Shown here: in pieces, positions 10,057-21,181 of the stretch | Layout: each line of letters opens with the position of its first letter | Numbering within the stretch: position 1 is the stretch's first letter | Source of the DNA: Escherichia coli | GTDB taxonomy: Bacteria > Pseudomonadota > Gammaproteobacteria > Enterobacterales > Enterobacteriaceae | DNA: 64,000 nucleotides | Reading direction: 5' to 3' (one strand) | NCBI RefSeq assembly: GCF_050320075.1 | Contig: NZ_CP190018.1 | Program-made: the position numbers and the translations under genes | Notes under the pieces: model-generated | The model's database searches: none | What the model saw: the letters and a program-made list of their open reading frames with translations, nothing else | Told to the model about the DNA's origin: nothing

Positions 10057-12693
10057 TTAACGACATTCAGCTGATAGCTGGGTTAATAACTGCTGCTGAC
10101 TCTCTGGTGGCAGTTGATAATTGGCGACACAGTGAGCATTTTCCTCTTCTCCCCATTTCACCTGCACTTTTCCCGCTAAAGGCATTCCGCTGAGGTAAAC
10201 CTGACCATTATCCGCAACAATGCCGCTACTCTGGCTACTCTCTGATGTCACCATCGCCCCAAACGGCAGCGGCTTATTATTGTGGGTTAGCGTCATGAGC
10301 AGTTTTATCCCAACGCGCGCTTTAAACTCTGCTCGCACGATCGCCCCACGGGTGGGAACAACGTTAGCGACCGCATTATCTAAATCGACGTTATCAGCCA
10401 GGGTATTGGTATCCAGCGCCACTCTGTTTTCCCGATATTCAGTGGCATAAGGCAGCACGGCATAACCCCGCCAGTCGGTACGCACTCCTGTCTGGTTTTC
10501 GACTTTTGCATCTTTTGCGCCAGGCGCTTTAACAAGCACCACCGTATCGTTTAACGGCTGCCCCAGCGTTACGCCATTGGCATGAGCCAGTACCCCACCG
10601 CTGACTCCGTAATAGAGCTGCTTAATATCATCGCTATGGCTGTAACCGATATTGGCATTGCCGTAACCACCGCGATAATTCAGCGTGGCGTAGCCTGTAC
10701 TTCCGCTATTTCCATCGCCTCCCCCGGCATAACCGGTTTGCACGCTATAGCTGAGGTTGTTGTCTTCCAGCAACGTACCGTATACACCGGCCAGATTGGT
10801 CATCCGACCGTTGAGATCGTGTGACATGCTGTAGCTGGCACTGGCATGTCGCCACTGAGATTTACTGTCAGAACGCAGCCAATGGCTGAAAGGTATATTG
10901 ACGTTAAGAGCTAACATCTGATCCCGTCCTTTTTGCCAGGCGTTTTTCGTCAGGCTATAGCTGAGCGTCCAGTTAATATCTTCGAACGCAGTATTTAATC
11001 CAGCCTGGAATTGCTCATCGACATTACTCGTTCCCCAATAAGTTTGATGGCTACCACTCAAATACAGTGTTGATGTGCGCCCGAGTTGCTGAGTAACGGT
11101 GAGTTGTAATTTCCCGCGTTTGTTATAAGCGAGATTGTAATAGTCGGTGAATTTCGGCTTAACCTGAATAACTCCATCCTGTGTTTCGATGTTGTAGCCA
11201 TTCATTCGACTGTATGTTGTATCAGCGAAATTAAAATACCCACTGGTCGAATAACGGTAACCCACTAACTGAATATTCGTACCTGACTCATTGAGCGATT
11301 TGTTATAAAGAAAACGCACCGATTGTCCGTCATGCTGACTGTCATCGGGAAGTGTGGAATTAGCCTGCGTCATATCCACAGACAGAGCGCCCAGTGCCCC
11401 CATATTTTTCCCGATACCGAAATTAAACGCACGATAACGATCCGCCAGTTGCGTTCCACCATATATTGTCCAGCCAGCCGGAAGGCCGTGGAGTAATGTA
11501 CTCTGGAAAAAGCGGGGTTTTTCCTGTTGTGCATTTCCACTACGGTATTCTCCTGCCGTAATGGAATAACGTGTATGCCCTTCACGCTGCAAAAGCGGGA
11601 CTGACGAATAGGGTACGGTAAAAATCTGCGTACTGCCGTCAGCCTCTTTAATCGTTACCTGCAAGTCACCACTATTACCTGCGGCATAGATATCGTTGAT
11701 GGTAAAAGGCCCCGGTGGCACCGTACTATTATAAATGTCATACCCATTTTGTTTAATAGTGACCTGTGCAGTACCACGAGCAATACCGTGGATCACCGGG
11801 GCAAATCCTCTTTGGCTATCGGGTAACATATTGTCATCTGAGGCCAATTGTGCGCCGCGAAAGTTAATACCATCGAAAATATCGCCCTGAGTATAACCAT
11901 CACCCAGCGTCAGCCGGGAACGTAACGGAATTATGTCTCGCTCAAGCCAGGTATTGATATGCTGCCATTTATTTTTGCTACCTGATGAACTGTCGCTACT
12001 GTTATAACTCCAGGTGGTATTGTCGCGTAAACGCCACGCACCAATATTTAACCCACTCTGTAGGTTTAAATATGCATAATGGCTGTTACCCCCAATTCGA
12101 TTCTGTACACTATTTCCGCTGAAATTATAATTGAGCAATCCGGCATTAATACCGGGATCCCATAACTCAGGAGGAATATAACCACGCGCGCGATTACTCA
12201 TAAATGCCTGAGGGATCGTCAGGTTGAGTCGCTGCTGACCCACATCCAGTTGCGCAGTAGCGTCATGGATCATTGAGGTTAATGGCACGCAGGCATCATC
12301 CGCCAGCAGATTCATACCGGAGACAGAAGCCGTATTCAGCCCCATACTGGCAAGTTGCGCGCGTGTCAGGCAGGGAACAATCCCTTGTTCGCTGTCGCCC
12401 GTATTAAATGTGACATCACGCGTTGCCATATAACCATTATTCAAATAGATATCAACACGATACGTCCCTGGCGGTAATTCTTGCCCATTTTCAAAACGCG
12501 ATAAATCAGCCACAGCCTGGGGATCATCCGCTAAAAAACGCGGGTTAAAATAGAGTTCGGCAGATGACAAAGGTGCCTGTGTGGCAAAAGCACAGGCAAC
12601 AAAGAGTCGGACAAAAAAACCAGCCAAACGATGCTTACGAATATGCAAGCACTGTGTGTTTCGCTGGTAAAGTCTTAAATTCAGATATGACAT
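10057..12693 (-). CDS. fimD: Outer membrane usher FimD
   Basis: 878 aa; chaperone-usher family usher; position between fimC and fimF. Confidence 0.95.
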   Translation of the reverse strand: MSYLNLRLYQRNTQCLHIRKHRLAGFFVRLFVACAFATQAPLSSAELYFNPRFLADDPQAVADLSRFENGQELPPGTYRVDIYLNNGYMATRDVTFNTGDSEQGIVPCLTRAQLASMGLNTASVSGMNLLADDACVPLTSMIHDATAQLDVGQQRLNLTIPQAFMSNRARGYIPPELWDPGINAGLLNYNFSGNSVQNRIGGNSHYAYLNLQSGLNIGAWRLRDNTTWSYNSSDSSSGSKNKWQHINTWLERDIIPLRSRLTLGDGYTQGDIFDGINFRGAQLASDDNMLPDSQRGFAPVIHGIARGTAQVTIKQNGYDIYNSTVPPGPFTINDIYAAGNSGDLQVTIKEADGSTQIFTVPYSSVPLLQREGHTRYSITAGEYRSGNAQQEKPRFFQSTLLHGLPAGWTIYGGTQLADRYRAFNFGIGKNMGALGALSVDMTQANSTLPDDSQHDGQSVRFLYNKSLNESGTNIQLVGYRYSTSGYFNFADTTYSRMNGYNIETQDGVIQVKPKFTDYYNLAYNKRGKLQLTVTQQLGRTSTLYLSGSHQTYWGTSNVDEQFQAGLNTAFEDINWTLSYSLTKNAWQKGRDQMLALNVNIPFSHWLRSDSKSQWRHASASYSMSHDLNGRMTNLAGVYGTLLEDNNLSYSVQTGYAGGGDGNSGSTGYATLNYRGGYGNANIGYSHSDDIKQLYYGVSGGVLAHANGVTLGQPLNDTVVLVKAPGAKDAKVENQTGVRTDWRGYAVLPYATEYRENRVALDTNTLADNVDLDNAVANVVPTRGAIVRAEFKARVGIKLLMTLTHNNKPLPFGAMVTSESSQSSGIVADNGQVYLSGMPLAGKVQVKWGEEENAHCVANYQLPPESQQQLLTQLSAECR

Positions 12694-12758
12694 TATTCCT
12701 CCGGTTTAAATCACCCGGCAGTCAATTCTTTTTATTCAGGCGAAAAAATCCCCCTGCG

Positions 12759-13484
12759 TTATTCCATTACGCCCGTCATTTTGGGGGTAAGTGCGCCATA
12801 ATCATTTATTGTTCGGTAAGTAATATTGCTTCCTGCATCAGAAGGCAATTTAACCGCGCTTTCGCCCATTGGAGGCACCAATGCATTTTCAAGAACCCGA
12901 GTTCCGGCATTCAACTCTGTTACCGTCAGGTAATAGGGTGTCGGGTTGATCAGCGTCAGAGAATTCGCGCTACGACGAAATCTTAATTTTTCTGCGGCCT
13001 GATCGGGTGGCAACGCTAATTTAGCCGGACGATAGTACAGTTTAATGCGGCTGATAATTGCGAGCTGTAGCGTATTCTCAGTCAATTTTGATTTATCCAT
13101 TGACGGAATCGCTTTAACATTCATCCAGAATAAACTTTCCCGATCCTGTGGCAATTGGTTATTTGTTGCATCAAGAATACGCAAGGTATTCTCTTTTTTT
13201 CCCTTCATCGCAAACAGAGGTGGCGTCACGATAAAACGGCCATCCTTTACACCATCGGCATTTTCTACCCATGATTGAATTAAATAGGTGCTATTTTCAT
13301 CATTATTTGTCACGGCAAGTTGCACTTGTTTTTGCCCTGCCGGATAAATTACGCGAGTCGCACCTAAGGCCACTCCCGCTTCAGCGCGTCCGGCAACCAT
13401 CATTGCCATGAACATCAGGATACCTGCCAGCAAGCAGAATGTTATTTCCTGCGATTTCCTTACATTGACGTTTTTATTACTCAC
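12759..13484 (-). CDS. fimC: Periplasmic chaperone FimC
   Basis: 241 aa with signal peptide; PapD-like chaperone. Confidence 0.95.
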   Translation of the reverse strand: MSNKNVNVRKSQEITFCLLAGILMFMAMMVAGRAEAGVALGATRVIYPAGQKQVQLAVTNNDENSTYLIQSWVENADGVKDGRFIVTPPLFAMKGKKENTLRILDATNNQLPQDRESLFWMNVKAIPSMDKSKLTENTLQLAIISRIKLYYRPAKLALPPDQAAEKLRFRRSANSLTLINPTPYYLTVTELNAGTRVLENALVPPMGESAVKLPSDAGSNITYRTINDYGALTPKMTGVME

Positions 13485-13520
13485 TGTCCTGTTCCTGTTA
13501 TCACATTATCTGCTGAACAA

Positions 13521-14060
13521 TTACTGATAGGTTAAAGAGAACCAGGCCTGGGCATTGGCGATGCCGCCAGTAACCCGACGCCCGGTAGCACGATATTTGG
13601 CGATGAAATGTAGCGAAGTAGAGCCTGAGTAAAGCCGTTTCCAGTTTACTGGAGGACGATTAATCGGTACGAGGTTTCCTTCATCATCAAACAACGCTAC
13701 GCCAATATTGGTGGCTATCCCTGGCCCCTCTCCCACGGAAAGCACATCCGGATTTTTACCATCCGCGACACCGTGAAACGCCACACCCACACGTTCACTC
13801 ACCACCGTGCTACATTCCCGTAAATGAATAACAAAAGGCACCGGTGAGCTATCTTCCCCTACCGCATGAAACCGGTTACTGCTGATTTGCCCCATATTGA
13901 CCGTCATTTGTTTATCACCGGCTTCAATCCGGCAAGCTTCCGCAATAATGACGCCCTGAAATTGCATATTTCCGCCGGGCAGCGTGGTATTCCATTTATT
14001 TCCGGCCAGAGCAAACATTGGCAGCAACGACGCTAACAGAAATAATCTCTTCCTTTTCAT
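13521..14060 (-). CDS. fimI: Fimbrin-like protein FimI
   Basis: ORF 13521-14192 trimmed to [19 protein letters not shown] giving 179 aa; the longer ORF would overlap the fimA 3-prime end. Confidence 0.8.
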   Translation of the reverse strand: MKRKRLFLLASLLPMFALAGNKWNTTLPGGNMQFQGVIIAEACRIEAGDKQMTVNMGQISSNRFHAVGEDSSPVPFVIHLRECSTVVSERVGVAFHGVADGKNPDVLSVGEGPGIATNIGVALFDDEGNLVPINRPPVNWKRLYSGSTSLHFIAKYRATGRRVTGGIANAQAWFSLTYQ

Positions 14061-14124
14061 CGTTATTTTTATCGCACAAGGGTGGGCATCCCTGCCCGTA
14101 ATGACGTCCCTGAACCTGGGTAGG

Positions 14125-14673
14125 TTATTGATACTGAACCTTGAAGGTCGCATCCGCATTAGCAGCACCCGGGGTTGCAGCACCGGTTGCAAAATAACGC
14201 GCCTGGAACGGAATGGTGTTAGTACCGTTATTCAGGGTTGTTTCTGAACTAAATGTCGCACCGTCCAGCGTCAGCGCAACACCTGTTCTGTCCAGAATCT
14301 GCACACCAACATTTGTTGCGCTACCCGCAGCCGAACTCTGCAGAGCCAGAACGTTGGTATGAGCCGCATCAATCGCCGTACCTAAAAAGGCAACAGCTGC
14401 TTTAGATGCAACATTGGTATCGCAATCATTCAGCTGAATGTTAAAACCGACAGCAGAACTGGTTGCTCCTTCCTGCGCCAGCGATGCGGTACGAACCTGT
14501 CCTAACTGAACGGTTTGATCAACAGAGCCTGCATCAACTGCGCAAGCGGCGTTAACAACTTCCCCTTTAAAGTGAACGGTCCCACCATTAACCGTCGTGG
14601 CAGCGGCCAGAGCCGCTGTGGAACTGAGGGACAGAGCCGACAGAACAACGATTGCCAGAGTTTTAATTTTCAT
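14125..14673 (-). CDS. fimA: Major type 1 fimbrial subunit FimA
   Basis: ORF trimmed to [23 protein letters not shown] giving 182 aa. Confidence 0.95.
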   Translation of the reverse strand: MKIKTLAIVVLSALSLSSTAALAAATTVNGGTVHFKGEVVNAACAVDAGSVDQTVQLGQVRTASLAQEGATSSAVGFNIQLNDCDTNVASKAAVAFLGTAIDAAHTNVLALQSSAAGSATNVGVQILDRTGVALTLDGATFSSETTLNNGTNTIPFQARYFATGAATPGAANADATFKVQYQ

Positions 14674-14792
14674 GCTGCTTTCCTTTAAAAAAACTATTTC
14701 TAAATCGACATGGGCAGTCGTTCTGTACACTTTGTTTTGTCAACGAGTTTGACTGCCAACACTGCACAGTTTTCCCCCAAAAGATGAAACAT

Positions 14793-15106
14793 TTGGGGCC
14801 ATTTTGACTCATAGAGGAAAGCATCGCGCACAAACTTTTTCAGTTTATTTGTTGGCTTAATGTTCTATAGTTATCTTTATTTGCAGTTTTTTATATTGCA
14901 TGAGGTGGTTTTTGGAGAGAAGAATGAGGAAGTTGCGTCGAGCTACAGAAACGTTAGCTTTACATATAGCGGAGGTGATGTGAAATTAATTTACAAGAGA
15001 AATAATTTACATATCAAACAGTTAGATGCTTTTTGTCGTTTTTTAATATTTTTATGCTTGAGAAAAAATACGTAACTTATTTATGATATAGACAGTTTGG
15101 CCCCAA
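14793..15106. mobile_element. fimS: fimS invertible element (fim switch), 314 bp including the flanking 9-bp inverted repeats
   Basis: TTGGGGCCA at 14793-14801 and its reverse complement TGGCCCCAA at 15098-15106; span is exactly 314 bp, the published switch length. Confidence 0.9.
15058..15088 (+). promoter_or_regulatory. fimA sigma70 promoter inside fimS (-35 TTGAGA, 18-bp spacer, -10 TATGATA), reading toward fimE in this orientation
   Basis: -35 at 15058-15063 and -10 at 15082-15088 on the + strand, 10 bp inside the fimE-proximal inverted repeat. Confidence 0.65.
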
Positions 15107-15153
15107 TTGTCTTGTATTTATTTGTTTTTTAACTTTATTATCAATAAGTTAAA

Positions 15154-15750
15154 TCAAGCTTCTTCTCTTTTTAATTTTTCGTTTATGAGATTATTTCTTT
15201 CCCATAATCCGGCAAAACGAGCAGCATTACTGGCGGTATAACGCACAGTATGGCGAATATTTCGATGCCCGAGATAATCCTGAATTAAACGGGTATCTGC
15301 ACCACGTTCCGCCAGTTCATAACCACAAGCATGCCTTAACATATGAGGATGAGTCTGCGTTACGGTTCCAGCTTCAATACCGGCATCGCGAATAATGCGA
15401 TAGGCCTGCTGGCGAGAAAGCCGACTCCCACGGCGAGAAATAAATATAGCGTCGGTCCGGTCAGCGCCTTTCCAGTTAGCACGTTCCTGGGTCCAGCGTT
15501 CCACGGCTTCACGCTCATCAAAACGTAACGGGTGAACGGTAGAAAATCCGTTCTTCAGTCGGCGAATATTTATTCGACCTTCATTAAGGTCAAGATCCTG
15601 ATAATGCAGATCAAGCAGTTCACTAATACGCATCCCATGCCGATATGCCAACAGAATAAGACAATAATCTCTGGCTCCCGTTGCCCCGTAACACACCGCC
15701 TGCATCATGGCCTGAACTTCTTTACCGGTAAGATAACGACGTTTACTCAC
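15154..15750 (-). CDS. fimE: Tyrosine recombinase FimE (ON-to-OFF switching)
   Basis: 198 aa; lambda-integrase fold motifs (HPHMLRHACG, LGHRNIRHTVRYT). Confidence 0.95.
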   Translation of the reverse strand: MSKRRYLTGKEVQAMMQAVCYGATGARDYCLILLAYRHGMRISELLDLHYQDLDLNEGRINIRRLKNGFSTVHPLRFDEREAVERWTQERANWKGADRTDAIFISRRGSRLSRQQAYRIIRDAGIEAGTVTQTHPHMLRHACGYELAERGADTRLIQDYLGHRNIRHTVRYTASNAARFAGLWERNNLINEKLKREEA

Positions 15751-16227
15751 AATAGTAGTACTCCTGACTGAGATATATTTGAATGAATACCTATAGGAAA
15801 CCTCAATCGGTCAAAATTAGCCCAATAGATAAAAAGATAACCACACCCGAAGTGATGTGGCTATCAGTCAATTACATTAAATATCATACAAAAATAAAAT
15901 ATCACTGATGTGACAACATCTATTTTCATTGATTTGATTCAATATAACAATAGATTGCAGTGGATTAACTTCCAGTTGCTTAAAAAATAAAGAAAAAAGT
16001 ATGGAAACAGGCGAATTTAAGTGATGTGTAAATTTATGAATGATTTTGTTTATTTATTTTGAAGAACATAAACCATTGTATTTTGTATGGATATGGTTAA
16101 CTTAATGTTTATTATGATAATTAAGAATCATACTTACAATAACATCAATTAATAAATGGTTAATCATTTTTGATATATCGTAAGAATAATGTAGTTTTTA
16201 ACACCATCCCTGGTATCTCAACTATCT

Positions 16228-16830
16228 CTATAAAACAGCGTGACGCTCTCGTCCTCTGGCTCTATCCCAGATGCCGTAAAAACGCCCTGCATTGCTGGCG
16301 GTATACCAGACAGTATGACGAATATTGCGATGTCCAAGATAATCCTGGATAAGTCGCGTATCTATTCCCATATTCGCCAAAGCAAAACCACACGAATGGC
16401 GTAACATGTGCGGATGAATCTCCAGTGACAACCCGGCATTACCACCGGAAGTCGAGATAATATGGTAAAACTGTTGCCGAGAAAGTGGATTCCCCTTACG
16501 TGATAAAAATACCCACTCGCTCTCAGCATGCGGATAAGAAGTACGGATACTCAACCAGTTTTTTAAAGCCTGAATTTCTTTGTTCAATAGCGGGTGCGTT
16601 GTTGAAAAGCCTTTTTTTAATCGATGGATATATATACACTTTGCCTTAAGATCAATATCCGAAATCCTCAATCGGCAAATTTCACTCGCCCGGAAACCAT
16701 GAATAAAACAAAGTAATGTCAGACAATAATTACGTGCAGCATGAGGCCCGGTATTTGCTGCTTTAAGGAGTGATTCGATTTCACTATGGGTCAGGAAGTT
16801 CCTTTTTTTGTTATCAGCCTTATTCTTCAT
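16228..16830 (-). CDS. fimB: Tyrosine recombinase FimB (bidirectional switching)
   Basis: 200 aa; paralogue of FimE with the same catalytic motifs. Confidence 0.95.
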   Translation of the reverse strand: MKNKADNKKRNFLTHSEIESLLKAANTGPHAARNYCLTLLCFIHGFRASEICRLRISDIDLKAKCIYIHRLKKGFSTTHPLLNKEIQALKNWLSIRTSYPHAESEWVFLSRKGNPLSRQQFYHIISTSGGNAGLSLEIHPHMLRHSCGFALANMGIDTRLIQDYLGHRNIRHTVWYTASNAGRFYGIWDRARGRERHAVL

Positions 16831-17854
16831 CGTTTTCCCTTATAATTACAGACGCGCACTAGCTGTGCTGGATTAGCAATAATCCAACATTTTAATCCTG
16901 ATTATGTTTATAAAAGCGAACGTTTGCTTAATAACTAACGTAAGTGGACCAGTTCTTCTGAGTGAACTTAAATGGAGTAGCGATAGTTACTTATAATAAC
17001 TTTGCCATACAAACGCCATGCTCTTGCATGCTATGTACCTTTATATATTTATCAATCTGATACGAATCGAATAATAACCCTCATCATTAATGCAACTAAT
17101 CTTATCTATATATCATGTGATATGTTCTGTAACAAGTAAAATCAACATAAAAAATTCAGCAAAATTTAATATTTGTTCAACTAGCCGTCTCACATATGAC
17201 ATTATTAGTCAACTGCATTTGCCACAAAATGGCTATTTCATGGAACGCAGTAATTTCTTAGTGGCTATTATCATGCTAATGCTTAGGTCCCTAGCGATTA
17301 TTCCTGCCTGGTTCGTCAGCTTACGCCATGAGATTGTTACATTCCTTTTTCAGACTGTGTATTTCCTGGAGATATGGGGGAACGCAGGCGACGCCTTTTC
17401 ATCTACATTCGTTGGTAAATATGGCTTTGGTCACTGCGACTTAAACCTTCCTCAATCACAGCTATTCGCCGGGCGATACGGCAAACAAACTATCTGAAAC
17501 ATCATCCTGAAAACACCAACATCTACAAGCCTTTCCAGATCGACTTCAGGGGTGACCACTTACAAGCCAAAACCAGGAAACATATTTCATGATGAGAATT
17601 ATGATCATCCTGATGGCGGGTAAACACTTGTTTTCACCACGCTCACTGAGTTAGCTTGCAAAGCTTCCCTTGTTTAGACCCTAAATAAATTTTTTATAAA
17701 ACAAACGGTTAAAAGAAATCATTTAGTTTTTGAAGACCACCTCAAGTGTTCGTCTGGCTTCACATGGCATCTTCCTCTTAGAAAAAGATCGACATATTTT
17801 GTGACACGAATTGCAAATCTCGTTTTGTTGTATGGATTGCGTGATTTTTGATCT

Positions 17855-17877
17855 GGTATAACAGGTATAAAGGTGCA
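17855..17877. promoter_or_regulatory. NanR operator (GGTATA repeats) in the nanC-fimB intergenic region
   Basis: ggtataacaggtataaaggtgca: two exact and one degenerate GGTATA hexamer, about 420 bp upstream of nanC. Confidence 0.7.
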
Positions 17878-18293
17878 CCGCGATAGTCAATGAGACAGGG
17901 CATCTCGCAATCTATGGCAAACATCACTTCAGTTCTTTCTCATCGGGTGATGAAAACGCACTTCAGTCTGAAAGGAATATGAAAATGAGATCAACAGACA
18001 CTCTATTTTATGACTCTGGGTAAAATGGATTGAGTAAGTGATATAGCTTACGAACATTCAAATCAATTAAACATCAGAAGAGATTTTATACTCAGGTATT
18101 TAATCTGGTTCTCTGTTTATTTAAATAATGTGGAAAGAGAATTTTCACAGGAGACCTTATACAAAAAATATAAAATACAGCTACTCGTTGCCAAAGACAC
18201 TATAAGCCTGGCAAAAAATATTACACAACATAAATGCTAATTGTTTATGCGGGCTTTGTATTGCTTTCTGTATCCTACAAATGAGTGAAATAT

Positions 18294-19010
18294 ATGAAAA
18301 AGGCTAAAATACTTTCTGGCGCATTATTACTGTGCTTTTCGTCACCACTGATTTCTCAGGCTGCGACACTGGACGTACGTGGTGGATATCGTAGTGGAAG
18401 CCACGCCTATGAGACTCGACTCAAAGTCAGTGAGGGATGGCAAAATGGATGGTGGGCAAGTATGGAAAGTAATACCTGGAATACCATTCATGATAATAAA
18501 AAGGAAAATGCCGCACTCAATGATGTTCAGGTGGAAGTTAATTACGCGATTAAACTTGATGATCAATGGACGGTGCGCCCGGGAATGTTAACGCATTTTA
18601 GCAGCAACGGCACACGCTACGGACCCTACGTAAAACTGTCCTGGGACGCGACAAAAGATCTTAATTTTGGCATTCGCTATCGTTACGACTGGAAAGCTTA
18701 CCGACAACAAGACTTATCCGGTGATATGTCTCGTGATAACGTTCATCGTTGGGATGGATATGTCACTTACCATATTAATAGTGATTTCACCTTCGCATGG
18801 CAAACGACGCTATACAGCAAACAGAACGATTATCGCTATGCAAACCATAAGAAATGGGCGACGGAAAATGCATTTGTTCTACAATACCATATAACGCCCG
18901 ATATTACGCCATACATAGAATATGACTACCTGGACCGTCAGGGTGTTTACAACGGCAGAGATAATTTATCGGAAAACAGTTATCGCATTGGTGTGTCATT
19001 TAAACTGTAG
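18294..19010 (+). CDS. nanC: N-acetylneuraminic acid outer membrane channel NanC (KdgM family)
   Basis: start trimmed to MKKAKILSGALLL giving 238 aa; signal peptide and beta-barrel character. Confidence 0.9.
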   Translation: MKKAKILSGALLLCFSSPLISQAATLDVRGGYRSGSHAYETRLKVSEGWQNGWWASMESNTWNTIHDNKKENAALNDVQVEVNYAIKLDDQWTVRPGMLTHFSSNGTRYGPYVKLSWDATKDLNFGIRYRYDWKAYRQQDLSGDMSRDNVHRWDGYVTYHINSDFTFAWQTTLYSKQNDYRYANHKKWATENAFVLQYHITPDITPYIEYDYLDRQGVYNGRDNLSENSYRIGVSFKL

Positions 19011-19029
19011 TAGACAGGAGACAGTCACA

Positions 19030-20136
19030 ATGAATAAAACAATAACGGCGCTTGCGATCATGATGGCTTCATTTGCCGCAAACGCGTCTGTATTACCGGA
19101 AACTCCTGTGCCATTTAAAAGTGGTACCGGAGCAATTGATAACGACACTGTCTACATTGGTTTAGGTAGCGCAGGTACGGCATGGTACAAGCTGGATACA
19201 CAGGCCAAAGATAAAAAATGGACAGCGTTAGCTGCATTCCCTGGTGGACCAAGAGATCAAGCAACCTCGGCATTTATTGATGGCAATCTTTATGTGTTTG
19301 GCGGCATTGGCAAAAACAGCGAGGGCTTGACTCAGGTATTTAATGACGTACACAAATACAACCCCAAAACCAATAGCTGGGTTAAATTGATGTCGCACGC
19401 CCCGATGGGCATGGCGGGCCATGTGACTTTTGTACACAACGGCAAGGCTTATGTTACTGGCGGTGTTAACCAGAATATCTTCAATGGCTATTTTGAAGAT
19501 CTCAACCAGGCTGGAAAAGATTCAACCGCTATAGATAAAATCAACACCCACTATTTTGACAAAAAAGCAGAAGATTATTTCTTCAATAAATTTCTGTTGT
19601 CTTTTGATCCCTCAACACAGCAATGGAGTTACGCTGGCGAATCTCCCTGGTACGGAACGGCTGGTGCGGCGGTTGTGAATAAAGGTGATAAAACCTGGCT
19701 TATTAATGGCGAAGCCAAACCCGGATTGCGAACGGATGCCGTATTTGAACTTGACTTCACCGGTAATAATTTAAAATGGAATAAGCTAGCTCCCGTCTCA
19801 TCACCAGATGGCGTCGCTGGCGGCTTTGCAGGCATGAGCAATGACTCACTGATATTTGCCGGAGGGGCCGGATTCAAAGGTTCACGAGAAAATTACCAGA
19901 ACGGTAAGAACTATGCGCATGAAGGCCTGAAAAAATCATATAGCACTGATATTCATCTTTGGCATAACGGGAAATGGGATAAATCGGGTGAGTTATCGCA
20001 AGGTCGGGCCTACGGAGTATCATTGCCCTGGAATAATAGTCTATTGATTATTGGCGGTGAAACTGCAGGCGGCAAAGCGGTGACGGATTCAGTTTTGATC
20101 TCTGTGAAGGATAATAAAGTCACAGTACAAAACTAA
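19030..20136 (+). CDS. nanM: N-acetylneuraminate epimerase NanM (Kelch-repeat)
   Basis: start trimmed to MNKTITALAIMMASFAANA giving 368 aa. Confidence 0.9.
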   Translation: MNKTITALAIMMASFAANASVLPETPVPFKSGTGAIDNDTVYIGLGSAGTAWYKLDTQAKDKKWTALAAFPGGPRDQATSAFIDGNLYVFGGIGKNSEGLTQVFNDVHKYNPKTNSWVKLMSHAPMGMAGHVTFVHNGKAYVTGGVNQNIFNGYFEDLNQAGKDSTAIDKINTHYFDKKAEDYFFNKFLLSFDPSTQQWSYAGESPWYGTAGAAVVNKGDKTWLINGEAKPGLRTDAVFELDFTGNNLKWNKLAPVSSPDGVAGGFAGMSNDSLIFAGGAGFKGSRENYQNGKNYAHEGLKKSYSTDIHLWHNGKWDKSGELSQGRAYGVSLPWNNSLLIIGGETAGGKAVTDSVLISVKDNKVTVQN

Positions 20137-20200
20137 CGCTTCAGGGCCCCGGTAAAGGGGCCCTGCTATCAATTTGTCATTTCAATTACGCGAAAATTAT

Positions 20201-21181
20201 ATGAACGCAATAATATCGCCCAATTATTACTATGTTCTTACCGTTGCTGGTCAGTCTAATGCCATGGCGTATGGCGAAGGACTGCCATTACCGGACAGGG
20301 AAGATGCGCCTCATCCCAGAATCAAACAATTAGCGAGATTTGCGCATACGCATCCCGGAGGCCCGCCATGTCACTTTAACGACATTATTCCACTGACTCA
20401 CTGCCCACACGATGTTCAGGATATGCAGGGTTATCACCATCCTCTGGCAACGAATCATCAAACACAGTACGGCACCGTTGGCCAGGCACTGCATATTGCA
20501 CGGAAATTACTGCCCTTCATTCCTGATAATGCAGGGATTCTCATCGTTCCGTGTTGCCGTGGCGGATCGGCTTTTACCGCGGGCAGCGAGGGGACATATT
20601 CAGAACGGCACGGAGCCAGCCATGATGCTTGTCGTTGGGGAACGGATACCCCGCTCTACCAGGATTTAGTCAGCAGAACGCGAGCCGCACTGGCAAAAAA
20701 TCCGTATAACAAATTCCTCGGCGTATGCTGGATGCAAGGCGAATTTGACTTAATGACCAGTGACTACGCGTCACACCCTCAACACTTTAATCATATGGTT
20801 GAAGCCTTTCGTAGGGATCTAAAACAATTCCATTCTCAGCTTAATAATATTACTGCCGCGCCGTGGTTTTGCGGCGATACCACCTGGTACTGGAAAGAAA
20901 ATTTCCCTCATGCGTATGAAGCTATTTATGGCAATTATCAAAATAATGTTTTAGCCAATATTATTTTCGTCGACTTCCAGCAACAAGGTGAAAGAGGACT
21001 GACGAACGCGCCTGATGAAGATCCGGACGATTTAAGCACGGGATATTTCGGTTCAGCGTACCGGTCAGCGGAGAACTGGACGACGTCACTGCGAAGCAGT
21101 CATTTCAGCGCGGCAGCCCGTCGGGGGATTATTTCTGACAGATTTGTAGAAGCAATTTTGCAGTTTTGGCGCGAAAGGTGA
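20201..21181 (+). CDS. nanS: 9-O-acetyl-N-acetylneuraminate esterase NanS
   Basis: start trimmed to MNAIISPNYYYVLTVAGQSNA giving 326 aa. Confidence 0.85.
   Translation: MNAIISPNYYYVLTVAGQSNAMAYGEGLPLPDREDAPHPRIKQLARFAHTHPGGPPCHFNDIIPLTHCPHDVQDMQGYHHPLATNHQTQYGTVGQALHIARKLLPFIPDNAGILIVPCCRGGSAFTAGSEGTYSERHGASHDACRWGTDTPLYQDLVSRTRAALAKNPYNKFLGVCWMQGEFDLMTSDYASHPQHFNHMVEAFRRDLKQFHSQLNNITAAPWFCGDTTWYWKENFPHAYEAIYGNYQNNVLANIIFVDFQQQGERGLTNAPDEDPDDLSTGYFGSAYRSAENWTTSLRSSHFSAAARRGIISDRFVEAILQFWRER

Noticed and set aside
17090..17497. 135-aa ORF in the fimB-nanC intergenic region
   Set aside because: Sits in the long AT-rich regulatory region known to carry NanR/NagC sites; no ribosome-binding site or motif; likely spurious.
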